DNA of 64,000 bases from assembly GCF_018350175.1 (NCBI RefSeq), contig NC_058368.1, forward strand, positions 226,488,001 through 226,552,000. Direction: 5' to 3'. The stretch is from Felis catus. Lineage: Eukaryota. The position numbers and the translations under genes were made by a program. This document shows, in pieces, positions 63,326-64,000 of the stretch. The notes below the pieces were generated by a model that was given only the letters and a program-made list of their open reading frames with translations, searched no databases and was not told the DNA's origin. Within the stretch, counting starts at the first letter, position 1, and each line of letters opens with the position of its first letter.

Positions 63326-63837
63326 TGTGTTAGTTTCCTATTGCCACTGTAATATATTATCATAAATTAATTTACTTAAAAAAACAGAAATTTATTATCG
63401 TACAGTCTTGAAGGTCGTAAGTTCTAAAATCAAGGTGTCAGCAGATCTGCGTAACTTCTGGAAGCCCCAGGGGAGACCTCATTTCCTTGCCTTTTGTAGC
63501 CTCTAGAAGCCAACTGCATCCTTTGGCTTGTGGCCCCATCCTCCATTGTCAAGGCCAGCAATTCAATCTCTGCTCTGTTGTCATGGTGCCTTTATTTTCC
63601 TCTTTGCTCTTATTATTACATCTCTTTCTCAGAGTCCGACCCTCTTGCCTCTTTCTTAGTAATGACCCCTGTTACTACACTGAACAAAGCCAGGTAATCC
63701 AGAATAATCTCCCCATCTCAAGATCCTTGACTTAACTGTATCTGCAAAGTCCCTTTTCCCATGTAATTTACAATATTCATAGATTCCAGGAATTGGGATG
63801 GGGCCATCTTTGAGGGGACATTATTTGGTCTACCCCA
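63326..63837 (-). mobile_element. MaLR solo LTR (MLT1B/C-like), full length
   Basis: TG...CA termini; perfect 5-bp TSD ATATG (63321-63325 / 63838-63842); taatccagaataatctccccatctcaagatcctt. Confidence 0.92.
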
Positions 63838-64000
63838 ATATGCAAAAGGATTTATTTTCCAAAAAGAGCATGAGTGCTTGAAAAACAAAACCAAAGGTGG
63901 TTAAGTATGCATAATACAGACTTAACATTCACCAAACCTTTTCCACACTTCTTAATTCTTATCAAACCTTTCTCTCTGAATCCTAAACTCTTTCCGTCAT

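Overview
This is mammalian nuclear DNA from a felid (cat family), judged by about 33 tRNA-derived CanSINEs. Four of them are near-identical young copies of the feline SINEC_Fc type. The window looks intronic or intergenic: I found no recognisable protein-coding exon set, RNA gene, CpG island, viral insert or prokaryotic system. The longer ORFs in the track come from microsatellites, SINEs or decayed LINE-1. Other content includes an old L1 (56.6-62.0 kb) carrying a nested younger L1 and SINEs, a 5'UTR+ORF1-only L1 (25-26.9 kb) and several truncated L1 3' ends. There are also L2 and MIR relics, MaLR/ERVL solo LTRs, hAT MITEs (MER5A, MER20, MER58, MER63) and non-B-DNA-prone simple repeats. I found no novel biological system. 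The most interesting signals are micro-evolutionary: adjacent SINE pairs sharing private substitutions, a probable SINE insertion-mediated deletion, and palindromic microsatellites with mirrored variants. Repeat family names are from recalled consensus sequences, not database searches, and old-repeat boundaries are approximate.
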